DNA of 64,000 bases. Source: Dicyema japonicum. Lineage: Eukaryota > Animalia > Dicyemida. The first letter of the stretch is position 1. Every line of letters starts with the position of its first letter. Location: the NCBI GenBank assembly GCA_011109175.1, contig RDEW01000003.1, positions 620,001-684,000 on the forward strand, read 5' to 3'. Below the pieces are notes generated by a model. That model had not been told where the DNA came from and did no database searches. It saw only the letters and a list, made by a program, of their open reading frames with translations. A program made the position numbers and the translations under genes. Below are positions 24,300-37,899 of the stretch, piece after piece.

Positions 24300-24960
24300 T
24301 TTCGTCAATTCTAAGGGAACAGCTTGAAAAATTTAGAAATTTCAAAATTCATCAATAGTGGAAAATTCATTAGACAGGAAACAACGATTTCGATTAAGAG
24401 AACTACCGAATAAATTTGTTTTTGAAGACTGTAAAGCATTTTTACTGAAGGATGGTCTAAAATTACGGTTCTTTGCAGTTGAAAATAAGGAACTGAAATT
24501 AACGATAATTGAAGTAGTGTATCTGCTTTTTATTGAAGTCTGAGCATAATAAAAACCATTTTGGCCGAGATTGACTTAATAGTATGTGGCGAACAGTTTC
24601 TACAACATAATGAGAGAAGAGATCCGCTCTGTTTTAAACAAATGTGTTTATTGCCAAGTATTGGTTATTTATTAGCTAGTCAAAAAATTGATGGCAACAA
24701 AGCCACCTATTACTTCAATTATTGCCCGAGGTCCAAAAGCCCGTTGTATCGCAGATCCTATAGATCTCAGAAGATATTCAGAAAATAAATCAATCAAACT
24801 TGTTAGTAAACTTCAGTAATTATTTATATGAATGTTTTAGTCGTCGTTGACTCATCATGTTTGCTGTTGTGGAACTGGCAAAAAATAAAAGTGCATTGAA
24901 ATCTCTACTTGAGAATATATTTTACGTTATTGGGAACCCGTTATTTTCAAACTGATAACG
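24300..24960 (+). mobile_element. Ginger-like integrase remnant (continues in copy B at 36960-37500)
   Basis: RKQRFRLRELPNKFVFE... and, in copy B, GEPVILQTDNGRSF...KHICGRPRAPWLQGQVERF. Confidence 0.7.
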
Positions 24961-27499
24961 GCATAAATGACAGTGGAATATATTTATCAACTAGACAAAA
25001 AATACCTTTTACGAAGAAACTGAAAATCTTGGGGATCACCTTCGACACACACATGTCCTTTTCATCTCACGTCGATGATGTCTCTGGAAACTGCTCAAGA
25101 AAGCTAGGGATAATCAAAACTATTTTGGTGCATTAAAAACCTCTTTCCAGCTTTGAAATTATTGTACAACAATTCATTGAGCCATCTGTCAGCTATGCTG
25201 TACGTCATCTCGGGAAATGGAAAAACTATACCCTCATCACTTGAAGACCTTATCTGACAAAATGGAAAGGGATTTACTACCCTGTTGCAAGCATGAACTC
25301 TCAACAATACACAGCCATGACGTGCTTATGAGAAGGGTATACATCACCTTTCTCCAATTCCTATTCTCGAAACTACCCCACCCACAGAAAGTTGTGTTGA
25401 TCCCAGAAAACGCACGAGGAGAAATGAGATCTAATTGAGGCCTTCAAGAATTAAGTTGATATTGAGTTAATAATAATGACCATAATGTCGCGTTAACGTA
25501 ATGGCATGTGACACTCAATAAGACATTAGTTGTTATCATATTTCCATTTGTTTTCAGTCAATAGCATAGAATCAACTGGTTTGTCATATTTCTTGACAAT
25601 TTAAGGCTTTTGATAACGAGAAACATCGGGCTTTGCTCTTCCAGTTATCACGAACATTAATTTTGTTATATTTGGTGAAATTGACAAAATTTCATGCACG
25701 GAAGGAATCCCTATGCATGGACGATACGTGTTGAATGTGGTAGAGCTGAAGAGAGGAGTCCCACAAGGCTATATCCCCAGACCTCTACAATTAATATTAA
25801 TATAGTTTTCACTTTTCTGTCAAAGTAATAATATGGGAAAAAAGTTAAGAATATGTTAGAAATTAGGAGATGCACACCTAGAAGGACTGCTATGCAGTGA
25901 AGTGAACTCAAGAGAGCTGGCATAAAAGAAATTTGTTGATAAAGTAAATCATGTCGACCTAAAATACTTACCAACCAAGCACTCCTCTGCAAGCGGAAAC
26001 TAAAACTAGGTGCGGAAATGTTTTTGTTAATTTATGCACATACAGTGATCCTTATATATGGACTTAAAAATAATACTTTTCAATAAAAAATAGTCGACTA
26101 CTGGAAAATTAGATGCAATCAAGATAGCTCTCAGATAATGTCTATGAAACCTTTGAATTACCTTTTGTGTTTATCTAACGAAAACAGTCATAGCTAGGGA
26201 AATTTTTTATTGCAACTAAATTTCTATAAATGGCATTTTATGGCATCTAAATTTAGAGAAATTGCATTTATTATTATAATTAACTACAGGCTTACAATCT
26301 TTGGTAAGCCCAGCACAAACAGTCATAACTAATTAATCCCAGGAAGGAACCTAAGGGAGAACATATGGTTATTCCGACTAAGTCCATCTTCAAAAACTCC
26401 ATTACAGACTTCCGCTTCAGAAGAAAGGTGGAGATGTAGGAACGCCTTCTTCATTTCCAACTGTCGGAGATCACTTCATTCATTGGCAGAATAGTTTTCA
26501 TAATGTAATCTTCACCAGAAAATTATGTTCAAGGAGAAGGTACGAAGATCACTTTTAACTACTGTGTTGTACCAGAAAGAGTCGAATACTCCATCTATCG
26601 GATTTTGGCACACTAGAAGATCGACTAGTAATTCTGGTCGGACAACTCGTGGCGAAGATGTCAAATTTTATGAAAATAGTATAACCATCATTCCTGGATT
26701 TCAAAAGTATTAGGGACAATTGCGGAGGACACTGGAGAAGACTCTAATCTACGAAGGATCTTGTGATGAAAAAAATATTTACGAAAAATCCTCTTTTCCG
26801 TTAGTACTAAACGTTTTATCATAAATCACATTTTCATTTTTTTACTCAGAAAACACTCAAATCATGATTTGCTTTATTTTTGTGAATTTTAATGCTATGT
26901 CACTTACAATATGGAATCTATTTCCCCGGTGGCCTTTAGTTCTAAGATTTCTCTTTCTTTCCTCTGTTCTTTATCTCTTTATTACGTTAGCGTCAAGTGA
27001 TCAAACTGTCTCGAATGAAACCCAATGTCTCCACGGAACTATAACGGTTGAGTTAGCAAGTGTGAAATCAAGAAATTTTGGTGGTTGAATTATGTAACTA
27101 AAAATTTATTTTTTATCGAAAAAGTAACAAGTTTGTTAGTGCTGTCACTCAATCCGAGATTGGGTTTGATTTCCTCACTCCTATCTGCCAGGTCGATGGA
27201 TTCTGTTCAGCTAAGTATCTCATCAAATTCTAAGAAAAACCAGTTGAGCTATTTTTATTAAAAGGCGCCCACTGCATCAAAAAAAGTATACCTCTTTCCT
27301 ACCCCACTTGAGGGTTTCCCATAATGAGAGTGCAACGTATTTCACCATACATTTGCCACCTTAATATCCCCACGATTCACGAGTGGCGACTTTAACCATA
27401 TTCTCATCTTGATAGAGGGAAAACTCACGGAAGGAAACTGATGTTAATCTAAAACTAACTTCAACTGGAAGAAATAGTGGAATTGGAATTGTAAATCAG

Positions 27500-29100
27500 A
27501 AGAAAGACATATAATAAATAAATGAAAGAACTTATAGTAGATTCCAAGAAAGATTTATGGTATATTTCAAAAAAGGACTTGTTCAATACTTTAGAGGGTT
27601 CTATACTTGTATGTAAGCGTGGAAATTTCTACCCTTCCAACGAGATACATCCATGGAACTTAGTAACAATGCCATGCCAATTGCATAAATTAAACAGTGA
27701 CTTTTATTATCAATTGTTCGAAAAAAATTCCGGTTTTGTCTGCAAATGTCTTGGTGATATATTCTCATCTCAACAACTCCCACAATCTTAGTATAAATTC
27801 TATATCAGACTCAATGTTCCGAAAAAAATAATTTTAACATAAGATTCAAAAATTTCTACAGAGCGATGTGCCACGTGGATTATCAATGTTTTATATAAAT
27901 GAATAAAATTTTTTTTTCTCAGTAGGTTCTGGAATGTGATTCTTTTGACCGTAGTTATATAACATGGTTTTCAATTCCGAGACTTCCCCTCTTATCCACC
28001 TCCACTATCTTTAAATATAGAAATTCGGTTCTAAGACAGTCAAACCCCGAGGTCGTCCATGCGTGAATGAAGTTCTGATTTTGACATATCCACGTATCTG
28101 TTTCTGTTTGTAATAATTAAATCGTCAGCATATGTTAGAAGAATTGAATCAGACCCCCCAGGGCAGGGTAAGTCGGTTAAGAACCCCCGGCCAGTAAGAA
28201 AATTGGCTTCAAAGTCATATGGATGGAGACGTTGAAGACCATTTTTTTTTTTAGCAGGATTCTCGGGACTGAATCAAACGCCATAGATGCCGCTTGGGTT
28301 CTTTGAAGCCTTTAAGATGAATTGTGCCATTGAAATTAAGTCCGTTGCATGGAGATTCGCGCTATCTGAATCTATGGTCCACAGAGTCAATTCAATACAT
28401 CAGCTTTCTCCACGTAATGGATCAACAGTTGACCCACTACTCATGGAAGCTAAGATCCGTAGTTGTGGCTCCGGATTTCTTCGCGTCTGTGAGGATGATG
28501 GAAACCCGCTTCGCCTGATCCTTTCCATGGCAAGAGAAAACCGATTGGATAAGAAATTCCCATCCCCGATCGGATTCCTCTGCAAGACAGAGAGAAGGCT
28601 CTTCCGGAAAGTAGTGGGGACGATGGAAGATCACAGACGTCGAATGGCACAATTGATTGCAAGGACTGGGATCACCTAACTGTTTGACTCTTTTGTCTTT
28701 CTTTCTCGGTGTTCCCGGGGTTATAAAAAATTAAGTGTTTTTTTAGAACGCTTCGATGTAAATACGTGTTGGTAGTGACATAATGGAAAATGAGGCTTAA
28801 TTTTCCAAAACACAAGTTTTTCCACGAGGCGCGATAACGCACACGTCAGGGATATCGGGAGGATAGATGAAGGTGAGACTTTCGGTTTCCTGATTTTACG
28901 ACGGGTATTATATGTGGGTTCTATTTAGGACAAAGTAAAAATTCAAGTAATTGATCTGATTGCATTATCTCCAAGAAGCTTAGCAGAATTCTAGGAATAC
29001 CATCTGGAACACACGTATATGACTTCTTCGTGGATTAGCTTCCTTAATATTTGGAGGTGTAATACTTCATCAGGATTCCTGGATTTAATGAAGTTGAAAA
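27500..29100 (-). mobile_element. Degenerate LINE RT interrupted by a plus-strand LINE 3' end (28240-28735); duplicated at ~41960-43530
   Basis: Minus strand has RPISLTCALSRLVEKL (~28830) and TYADDLII (~28125). The plus-strand insert ends in the family tail ggatcacctaa...ggggttataaaaaa. Confidence 0.65.
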
Positions 29101-30469
29101 AAATTAAATAGAATAATAAAATATTGTAATTAAATTATTTTTTATTGCCTCGAGTTGACGGGTCATAGTTCTATTTGAATTCTTTTTTGATGTTCGTGTC
29201 TTAAAATTTTTTTGAAAGTAATTAGTACAAAGTTGAAATAGTGGTTGGTAATAAACCAACGTGAAATTTTGATGGTGAATAAGCTGTAGTGAGGATGATT
29301 CCAAAACCAGGGAAGCCAAAGAGAGATTCGGCGAGATACAGGCCACTTAGCTTAATATGTTCTTTCGCGAAAGTGAATGAACGTATCAATTTCAAAAGGC
29401 TAAGCATAAATATAGAGGAGAATGACTTTCTGATTCCGGAGCAGTGGATTTTCGTATCGGAAGAGGCTGTGCAGACTGTTTCTATAAAATTCTGAAATCA
29501 TAAAAGCAAGGAATTCCAAAAAATCATGCGAACTCTGAATAAGCCGTGGGAAAAGTACCTGAAACAGGAATACACAGAAAATGAACAATGCACACAATCT
29601 GCACTATTTGGGACTGGACTATGGACAGGTGGAGATAACATTGACGACATAAGGATGGAGGAAAAGAGCCTTTAGTCAATCCTATGTACACGAAAGTTAC
29701 ACGTTAGCCTTGACACCTACCTGTTCATCTTCAAGGGAGTTGTTCTGCCTAGTCTACTTTATGGGTGCAAGGATTTCATTAATGGCTCCGTAACCATTTG
29801 ATTTGAGTGATAAGTTGACTTATCAGCCTGGACACAAAGATTGCCCCGGGTTCTCATGCTATACAACAATAACTAACAGTGCAGTTAGGGACCGTTAACA
29901 GTCCGCTGTGAAATTTTTAAATCAATGTTAAAATGATTTTTTCGAGATTAATCAAAGATGGAAGACAACATGGGCAGATATCCAGGTTACAAGTACAGAG
30001 ATGAAGTGGACCTTACATGTGGTTACAATGACTTAATGTCAGTTCAATAGGAATAATTTATTTTTTAATGACGCCGGCAAATCTTAAATAATCATATCTC
30101 AAAAAGGCAGACGAATTTGTTTCTGGCCAGAAGTCAAACTATTTCTGGAGATCTGCTTTTGTGGAGATTAATAAGAAACCTTCAACCTTTTTGGAGATTT
30201 ATCCAGGATTCCAAAACTAACCTCTGGAGATTGGAATGGACAAAAGGATCACTTAATTTAACGGCATCTTGAAAGGGACACTGTTAATAAATTAAATTAA
30301 TATATAAAGAATTTAAATTCGAAAAATAAGATCATTTTAAAGGTAAAATGTGTTAGATAAGTTATCTGAGGTTAGTAATTCAAAATTAGGCAACAGATCC
30401 CCGTCTACAAAAAATTAAAAAACAAGAAAAAACATAGAGTTAAGTAGTTCTGCAATTTGTCTGTTAGTG

Positions 30470-31370
30470 CAGGTGCCCCATATTTGACAAGTTCTCAATT
30501 GATTCCATCCGGTCCAGGGGAGCGACCATTCTAAGTTTGACCATTGCATTTGAGATTTCGCCAGGTGTGATAACTTTATCAAGTTGAATGGCGTAATCTA
30601 CAAGTATGATCAGAGATTTCTTCGCAGACAGTTAATATATCCTCGAAATACGATGTAATATATTCCAGCCTGATCTTTGGGATTTGTTAAGAATCTTCCA
30701 TTTCCGTCATGGAGTTTGAGTTTGTTCGTTTGTTTTCTTGTGTTGAACAGACGGATTGCAGTGAACATTTTTGATGAGTCTTAACTGTTCAACTTCTGCA
30801 GCTCTTAGATCAAGTAGGTAGTGGCGTGCTTCTTATTCAAAATCTTTATGGTTTTCTGGCTGGATCTTCTAGACTTCAAGATTTGTTTCCTGTCCGGATC
30901 AGACGTATTTTCCAGTTGTAATCTTAGTTCCCTTTGTAATTTAATGAGGACGGGAACATCTGGATGTATAGATTTTTTAAACAGTGCTGGGACCAGGTTC
31001 CGATACTCTCATTTGCTGCCGAAAGGATCCATTTCATTGTCTCCGCCAGGTGCCTCCTGGAGAAAGTCCCGGATCCAGGTTTCGGAGAAATTTCGTAACT
31101 GATAATTGGTAGTTGTCTCTGATCGATTGTAGAGTAGCACAGTTGTTCCATTTATAGTTTCTTCTTACATCTAAGTTTGGCTCTCTTCTTATTAAGTTAG
31201 TCAAAGTCCTCATTGTGAACTTGGAAGAGACTATCTTATGATTACTGTGATAGATGCACCTCCGTAAGACCTCGAGTCAGGTAGGAGTGATTTTTCTTTG
31301 ACTCGACAGATGATGTAGTCGATTTGATTAAAAATGTTAATAGAGCCTTTGGTAGGCTCATAAATTAAAA
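30470..31370 (-). mobile_element. RTE LINE fragment (APE C-terminus to RT N-terminus)
   Basis: NQIDYIICRVKEKSLLPDSRSYGG and GRSPGPDGINxELVKY are homologous to the 59914-62553 ORF. Confidence 0.75.
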
Positions 31371-31789
31371 AAATGACAAGAATCTCTTACTGCTATATTG
31401 GAGGAAATACCCGGGAAGTTGGCTGAATGGTCCTAACGATAAACCTGAAGTCACAGAACTAAGATGAGAGAAAATGAAAACGAAGGAGTTTTGGCGCAAA
31501 TCAAAAAGCTGGGCACCCTTCTCAAAGACAGTGAAGTGACATAAAAAGAAGAAAAACATTATCAAATGCAACACTGCCACAAAATCAAGAAAATTTAATT
31601 TGTCCAAATTGACTTTATTAAGGAAAAACTCGCTCTTAGTGAAGAAGACATTATAAATGTGTCTAATTCAACGGTTCGGTTTTAGGGAGATATTTCGTGT
31701 GATATTATTTCTCTAGAGTTATCCCTTGATCCTTGTGCTCTTTCATTGATGTCATTCATTAATTTCAATCTTGTATCTTCTGTATCGGT

Positions 31790-31985
31790 TAAATGATTGT
31801 GATTTTTTCCTGTTTCAGTACCATCCCAGTTGATGATATTAAAAGAAATGCTGAACATTTCAAGATACGTTTTCTACAACGCCATCTGGTATTTTCTCCA
31901 ACAATTTTGTCTTTATTATAGAGAAAATTTTCGTGAACTAAAATCTCTCCACCTCGCGTGTAGGCCAAAAACAGTCTATCTTGTC
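31790..31985 (-). mobile_element. FLYWCH zinc-finger remnant (Mutator-like)
   Basis: TRGGEILVHENFLYNKDKIVGENTRWRCRKRILKCSAFL matches the FLYWCH pattern. Confidence 0.7.
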
Positions 31986-32530
31986 TCAGCATCGGCATGG
32001 ATGTGGAACACATACTTTTAACCCAAGTCGCAATGAGATCCTAATACTGAGGTATTTATCATCCAGGAATGTACCCAGAACTCCATTGGGAATAGCGTTG
32101 AGCCAGGCACCGCTCTCGGAAGACGCCCCCGACAACAAACAGGAACGGCAATGTTGGCTAGATGACACTAGCAAATCTTTGAAAGAATTCCAGCAGATAG
32201 CATCGTCCAAGTTTCGTTGAGAGAACGAGGAAGGCAGGGAAAACTGATAAGTGCGGCTTCACGAGCATGGCCGGCGACCATTCAATAGAGAATTCAGGTA
32301 GAGAGTGTAAGATCCTCTTGACATGGGAGTTACAGACCACTAGCGATGATAGGTATGAAGGGAGTGAAAGGTCCACAGGGTTGCGAATTCCAACTCCTCC
32401 AAGTCTCACTGGCAGCGTGGCTTGCTTCCATGAGTAATCCTCGAACATGACGTTGAAGATACGTTTCGCTAACGAACGGAAAATCTCGTGCGTCTCTGTT
32501 TGAGAACTTATTCTTTATGACCACCAAAAA
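31985..32530 (-). mobile_element. Internal fragment of a third CRE family
   Basis: WKQATLPVRLGGVGIRNP; SGAWLNAIPNGVLGTFLDDKYLSIRISLRLGLKVCVPHPCRC. Confidence 0.8.
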
Positions 32531-33089
32531 AATAGATGGAAGGTCCTAGTTGCGGTGAGGTCACAAAATACTTCCATTAAAAAATACAAAATTAAAATTA
32601 TATTCAAATTCTTATCCACAATATGTCAAATCTCGAAAATGGAGTGAAAAGATCCATTCTTGGCAAATAATAATAATCAAATATCCAATCATGGATTTTT
32701 TGTTAATAAAAAATCATTCCTATTTGAAGCCTAACCTGAACTTTTAAATATCTTTTCTTTCCTTCAATTCTTTTTTTGTCAGTTTTTTTTCAAAAATTGC
32801 GGAACCTTAATCAACCATAACTCGACACAGGTTTCATGCTTTCTACATAAGACTAATTAAAGTCTTAAACGATCACGCCTTTCTATAATTAGTATATCGA
32901 ACTTGAAAATGAATTAAACAACAGGTTATGGAATATCTATCAGTCCGACGGTTGGCCTGGACTGTTCATCCGGGTACCCTTTTTCCTTGCTAACCATCCA
33001 TTTGCTGGTCTAGGCACATACACATCCTAATTTCATCTCCAGAACGTTGTAGGTACAAAGCCAGTAAGCCCATCTTTAGTTAGTTCTCC

Positions 33090-33350
33090 CTTTGTAGGTC
33101 CTTTCCCCAGTATGTTCTTCCACAGTGGTTCCAACCGTCCTGTAGGGACCGATGATGTGGTTAACAAAGTCCCGTGTAGATTCCAATTCGAATGTAAGGA
33201 ACAATTGGTGTGGGTACCCCCTGTAAGTCCCAACTCCAGTATGTACTTCCACAGTAGTCTCAGGTCCCGTAGGGATCAATAGTCTGGGTAACAAAGTTCC
33301 GTGTAGACCCGGATACGAATGTAGGGATCAATTGGTGAATACTAGGTCCA
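33090..33350. repeat. Two diverged ~129-bp tandem units within a locally repetitive segment
   Basis: Shared blocks ccagtatgt.cttccacagt, gtaggga.c, taacaaagt.ccgtgtaga and cgaatgta.gga.caattggtg recur about 128-130 bp apart. Confidence 0.8.
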
Positions 33351-33715
33351 ACTTGGAATATATCCGGAGATTTTGACTCTTTGGCTACTGCGTCCCCAAA
33401 AGGTTCCTTCGTTTTGTAGAATATGTCCATTCGGCCCGTAATATGTTTCTTAACTTTGTAATATGTTCCTTCGTCTTGTAGAATAAGTTCAATCGACTTG
33501 TAATACGCTTTTCGCCTTAAGGAGATTCCCTTGCAGTGCAATAGGTTCCTTCGTCTTGTAGTATGGATCCTCGCTTGAAACCCCTTCGACTTGAAAATAA
33601 ATTAGCACCAGTTTATTATTTTTTACTTAATATATTAACAAATTTTCTTAAATTTTTAATATTAATAATTTTCTTAATAATCAAATTTATTTAAAAACAC
33701 AAAATTTGTTCAGGA

Positions 33716-34467
33716 ATGATTTTTATGATTTTGTCAATTTTGTTCTTTAAGATTCTCAATGATTCAGAAAATATAACCGAAATTGCATTGTAAGTATAAT
33801 TTCAGTAATTCAAGGGATAAATTCAATTCAATGGATAAAAATAAAAACGGTAAAGTTGGAAAAAATGAATTCGTATATTACACAAAAGAAATGGGTTTCA
33901 ACCGAATCTTGGAAAAAAACAAAAAACTATTCACAGACAACAACATCACAGGCATGAACATTTCTCAATTGAAAACTATTATGAAAATAGAGATCCCTGA
34001 AAATATATTTGAGACTCATGATTTGAACAAAGATGGAGTTATCTCTCCGGAAGAACTGGTTTCTATATTGGATCCAGAAATCGATATAAATTACCAAATA
34101 ATAAACGCCATGGTAATAATGTGCGGTTAATGTCCTTTTAGAATTTTTTATGGAGTTTTACGACAAAAATAATGACGGGATCCTCGATTTGGAGGAGTCA
34201 ATTGGTTCTCGTTAAACTTAGTTTAGCGTGCAAACAGTTGAATTTATATGCGTATGACACGGATGGAGACAACGTGCTTACAACAGAAGAATTAAAGCCT
34301 TTTGTGATTCAAAAATATGTAGACAATCGTCAAATAGACAGAATATTCAACCAAATTGATTTGGATAAAGTTGGGATATTTATTCATATTAGAACAATTA
34401 CATCTCCTTCGGTGAATACGTGGAAATGTTCAAAAAAGACCGAACATCAGAATCCTATGAAAATTAG
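33716..34467 (+). CDS. Secreted multi-EF-hand calcium-binding protein (CREC/calumenin-like architecture)
   Basis: Hydrophobic N-terminus MIFMILSILFFKIL. EF loops DKNKNGKVGKNE, DLNKDGVISPEE, DKNNDGILDLED, DTDGDNVLTTEE and DLDKNNYISFGE. Introns of 25, 25 and 23 nt plus one ambiguous intron at ~34113-34155. Confidence 0.75.
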
Positions 34468-34964
34468 AATTCGACAAAGAATTATAATTCCAGTTTGTGA
34501 TTATTTGGTTTTGATGATTCAATCCTCTTTATTTTTATCCATGAATTAATAACAATTTGAAGCCACAATCAATTCTCGAAATAGTTAGAGACTTGAATTG
34601 AATCCGACTCAATTATTAACCTTTGAGCGACGCGATCAACGTTGGTAGGTTTATAGTTTCCCAGGGTGAGTTTTTTCTCAAATACTAAGCTCAGACTTTC
34701 AAACAATGTCCATCTTCCAAATATTGATATTGTTGTCCTGTGTAATCACCACATATTCATGTTCCATTTGTTTGCTTTCAATGGTTCTCTTGATCACTAG
34801 AGTAGGTTATATTCACTTTAGCATCATGAACTAACGCACTTACGCAGATTATCTTAATGTTCTCTACTTATTAGTTTTGATGACATCCCAATTGCTATTA
34901 ATGATATTTTTAATCGTTTTATCAAACACAAAGACTTATTATTGAATGACCAGATATTCACAAT

Positions 34965-35044
34965 TTATTATTTATTTATTTAATAACCCCGAAAAGGGAA
35001 CACCAAGAAAGAAGGAGTATACCAACTAATTAAGTGATCCCGGT
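34965..35044 (-). mobile_element. 80-bp LINE 3'-tail insertion unique to copy B
   Basis: Reverse complement accgggatcacttaattag...ttcggggttattaaataaataaa matches the tail at 54640-54715. TSD acaat; the empty site is at ~20655. Confidence 0.75.
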
Positions 35045-35930
35045 ACAATAAAAATCCATAATAAAAGTATGAAATTTTTAATAATAAACATTATGCTCAA
35101 ACTGAGGAGAGAGGTGCAAAAATATAGAACTAAGGCGTTTTATGTGGATCATTGTGTTAATACGTTTATCGAAGTGAACCCACAAGGCATCACGCTTTCT
35201 TTCAGACATAAAAAAATTAATGATTTAAATAATTATTTTTGTTGTTGATTAAAATCAAATGATTTAAATCTAACAACCCTGCTAGAAAGTTTAAATCAGC
35301 GAGATGCCCTCTAAAGTATAAGAACTGGAATTTATGGAGTACTAACATTAAATTATACATATACATCCAAAAATGCTTGGGTTGCTAGTGATATCATAAA
35401 TTGGTTACGAAAAATTAGTAATGAAATGTTTTTGCAGAATCGACAAATTTTAAGTCTTGATAATGTTAGATGTCAAATTTGTCAAAATTCATTATTTAAT
35501 GCTTGTCCTGAAGCACTTTGAGAATATTATGATTTTAGACTAAAATACAATATTGGGGAAAATTAGCGATTACTACCTTTTTTAATGAATAAATTATTTT
35601 ATCGCAGTATTTGGGGAGCCTTTCTATTGGGGCAGCGGTTGAACTGTAGTATTCTTTGCCATGATAGTATTATTTGCTAGTGGAGTTAGTCAGTGTATAG
35701 TGCCAGAAAACTATTCGCCTCACTGGTGGGATCAGTTTGGGAGAATTGACTTTTGTTGAATAGTCCATCTTTCGGATTCGAAGTTCCGTTCAGCCAAGGC
35801 TACGAAATATGGTATGTTCAATTTTTACAACCAGAATATTGAAATAATAATTTTAAATTATTAATAAATATTTAATCAAAAAAATAATAATAATAACAAT
35901 CCCGTGCAATTGTGACTCCTGTGGTGGTAA

Positions 35931-36578
35931 ATGAGTGGCAATATTCTTTGGTCAGATAATTCAAGTAACTATAATTATATAAATAGAATTCTCAACAATT
36001 TCATTTGAAGACATAAACGAAATAAAGGACATGTATGGAAAAGAGAAATTCGATCAAATGTTTGGCTGTAAAAAGAGGCAATTATCAACAAGTAGTGGTC
36101 CTATGGAGATATCTTCCAAAAAACCAAAAAGGAAGCCCCAAATAAAACAAGGGGGTATTGATCCTCGATTTCATAGTGAAAGCACTCAGTATGGCGGAGT
36201 ATGATCGTGAATGCGTATAAATTCCTAAGTGATAAAATAAAGGAAGAGTCTTCAATTCTGGTAGCCAAACTAAAGGAGAATATCAGTGAGGAAGAGAGCT
36301 TGAGAATTAAGGGAATATTGACTCGTCGTAAACAACAAGAGAAGTCAGAGAAGGACAAGTTGTATGAACGGAGGGTGAATGCAACACTCCGAGGTAATCA
36401 GATTGAAATGTTGGAGAAGGGACAACATCCTCAGTTTGTTACAAGGAAGACCAAACGACAACTTGTTTTGAATGAAAAAATGAAGAACAAGTCTGCAAAA
36501 TCTATCAATAAATATCATCAGAAGAAAGAAAGAAAGGCGGCTATTAAAGATTATAAATATTATAAATTTTTAAATTAA
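35931..36578 (+). CDS. RRP36: RRP36, copy B (1-nt deletion near 36197 as assembled)
   Basis: Same exon structure and motifs as copy A. The frameshift is at a different G run from copy A. Confidence 0.8.
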
Positions 36579-37899
36579 TTTTCATTGATAATTTTTAAAT
36601 TAATTTTCTATATTAGGTTGGGTTAAATATACAATTAACAATGTTCTGGTTTCCTGTGCTTCTGCAAGGTACCTTCACTGGTGAGATTAATACAGCTGTA
36701 ATAAAATCGTTCCTACGCTATTTCTGGGGGTTTTTGTCACTAAGACTTTCGTCCTTCAATAATGTGTGTATTCATTCGGAATCTGAAACGAACGGATCCT
36801 AAGGTTAATGGTACTCAACGATAACGAGTATGATAATGTTAATCGAATTTATTTTCTTCATCCAAAAAACCATAATCAGGTTAATAGCACTATGAGCTTT
36901 CATCAACAACCATAATTTACACTCAAGTCATACTCTTATGAAGAATAAATGAAACAGACCTTTCGTCAATTCTAAGGAACAGCTTGAAAAATTTAGAAAT
37001 TTCAACATTCATCAACAGTGGAAAATTCATTAGACAGGAAACAACGATTTCGATTAAGAGAACTGGCAAAGAATAAAAGTGCATTGGAAATCTCTACTTG
37101 AGAATATATTTTACGTTATTGGAGAACCCGTTATTCTTCAAACTGATAACGGAAGGAGTTTCGCAATTCTGAAATGGATAAGCTCTGAATTTTTTAAAAT
37201 GAAGCATATCTGTGGAAGGCCTAGAGCACCATGGTTACAAGGACAAGTTGAAAGGTTTAGTTAAAGCTACAATAAATAGGTTCACCAATCAATTAAACGA
37301 TGGATATCCGCAACAAGTGATTCAGTTGGAAGTTTTGGAGTTTACTTTAACATTATAAGAGGGTTGTATATGCTTACAATTGAACAAACATGAATATAGA
37401 TGTTTGCCATTTCACAAAATCCGCATAGTTATGAATACGGACTTTATCAAAAATAAAGATCGGTCTTCCCTCTTCTAACAAAGAATTTTTAATGATCCAG
37501 AAAAAAATAGTCATTGATGCAATTTCTGGTTCTAATTGCCTATACAGGAATGCAAGCAGAAAGTTGTGAAACAGCTCTTCCTTGTCTTGGTCTTTAGGAC
37601 ACTGAAAATCTCACCTCATTATGAGTTTTAAGATGTTTTTGAGTAGAAAGTGACGCATTGGTCGGGAAAGTTTATTTAATTTTATTAACCTTAGATTCAC
37701 AAGAAAGAGGACAAGAGCTATCGCCTAAGTGATCTCGGTGTCCATACCAGTCATTTTCCTGTGGTTAGTTTTGGAGTCCTGGATTTATCTCAATACGACA
37801 CTTGTCACATGCCATTACGGTTACAAAAAATAAACGTTACATTACTTAACTTTTTTTTTATTTTTTTAATTTATTAAGCCAATTAAAGGCAAACAGATA

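Larger units (their letters stand above)
20513..30422 (+). repeat. Segmental duplication, copy A (matches 34823-46446)
   Basis: Long near-identical collinear stretches: RRP36, Ginger, LINE fragments and intergenic DNA. Starts directly after the single N at 20512. Confidence 0.9.

Noticed and set aside
27500-28735. Twin-priming inversion in a LINE
   Set aside because: The minus-strand RT continues on the far side (28750-29100), so the plus-strand piece is a nested insertion of a different element.
33050-33560. CRISPR-like array
   Set aside because: The context is eukaryotic, the repeats are degenerate with irregular spacing, and no cas genes are present.
33700-33718. Trans-splice acceptor (ttgttcag) just upstream of the EF-hand ATG
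   Set aside because: Only one example. The other genes lack a comparable AG, so it cannot be distinguished from chance or a 5'UTR intron.
34560-35160. Intron-containing host gene (NIDIVVLC..IFMF, vaguely NERD-like), with a partial copy at 20515-20860
   Set aside because: I could not build a consistent open spliced frame, and the similarity is too weak to support a call.
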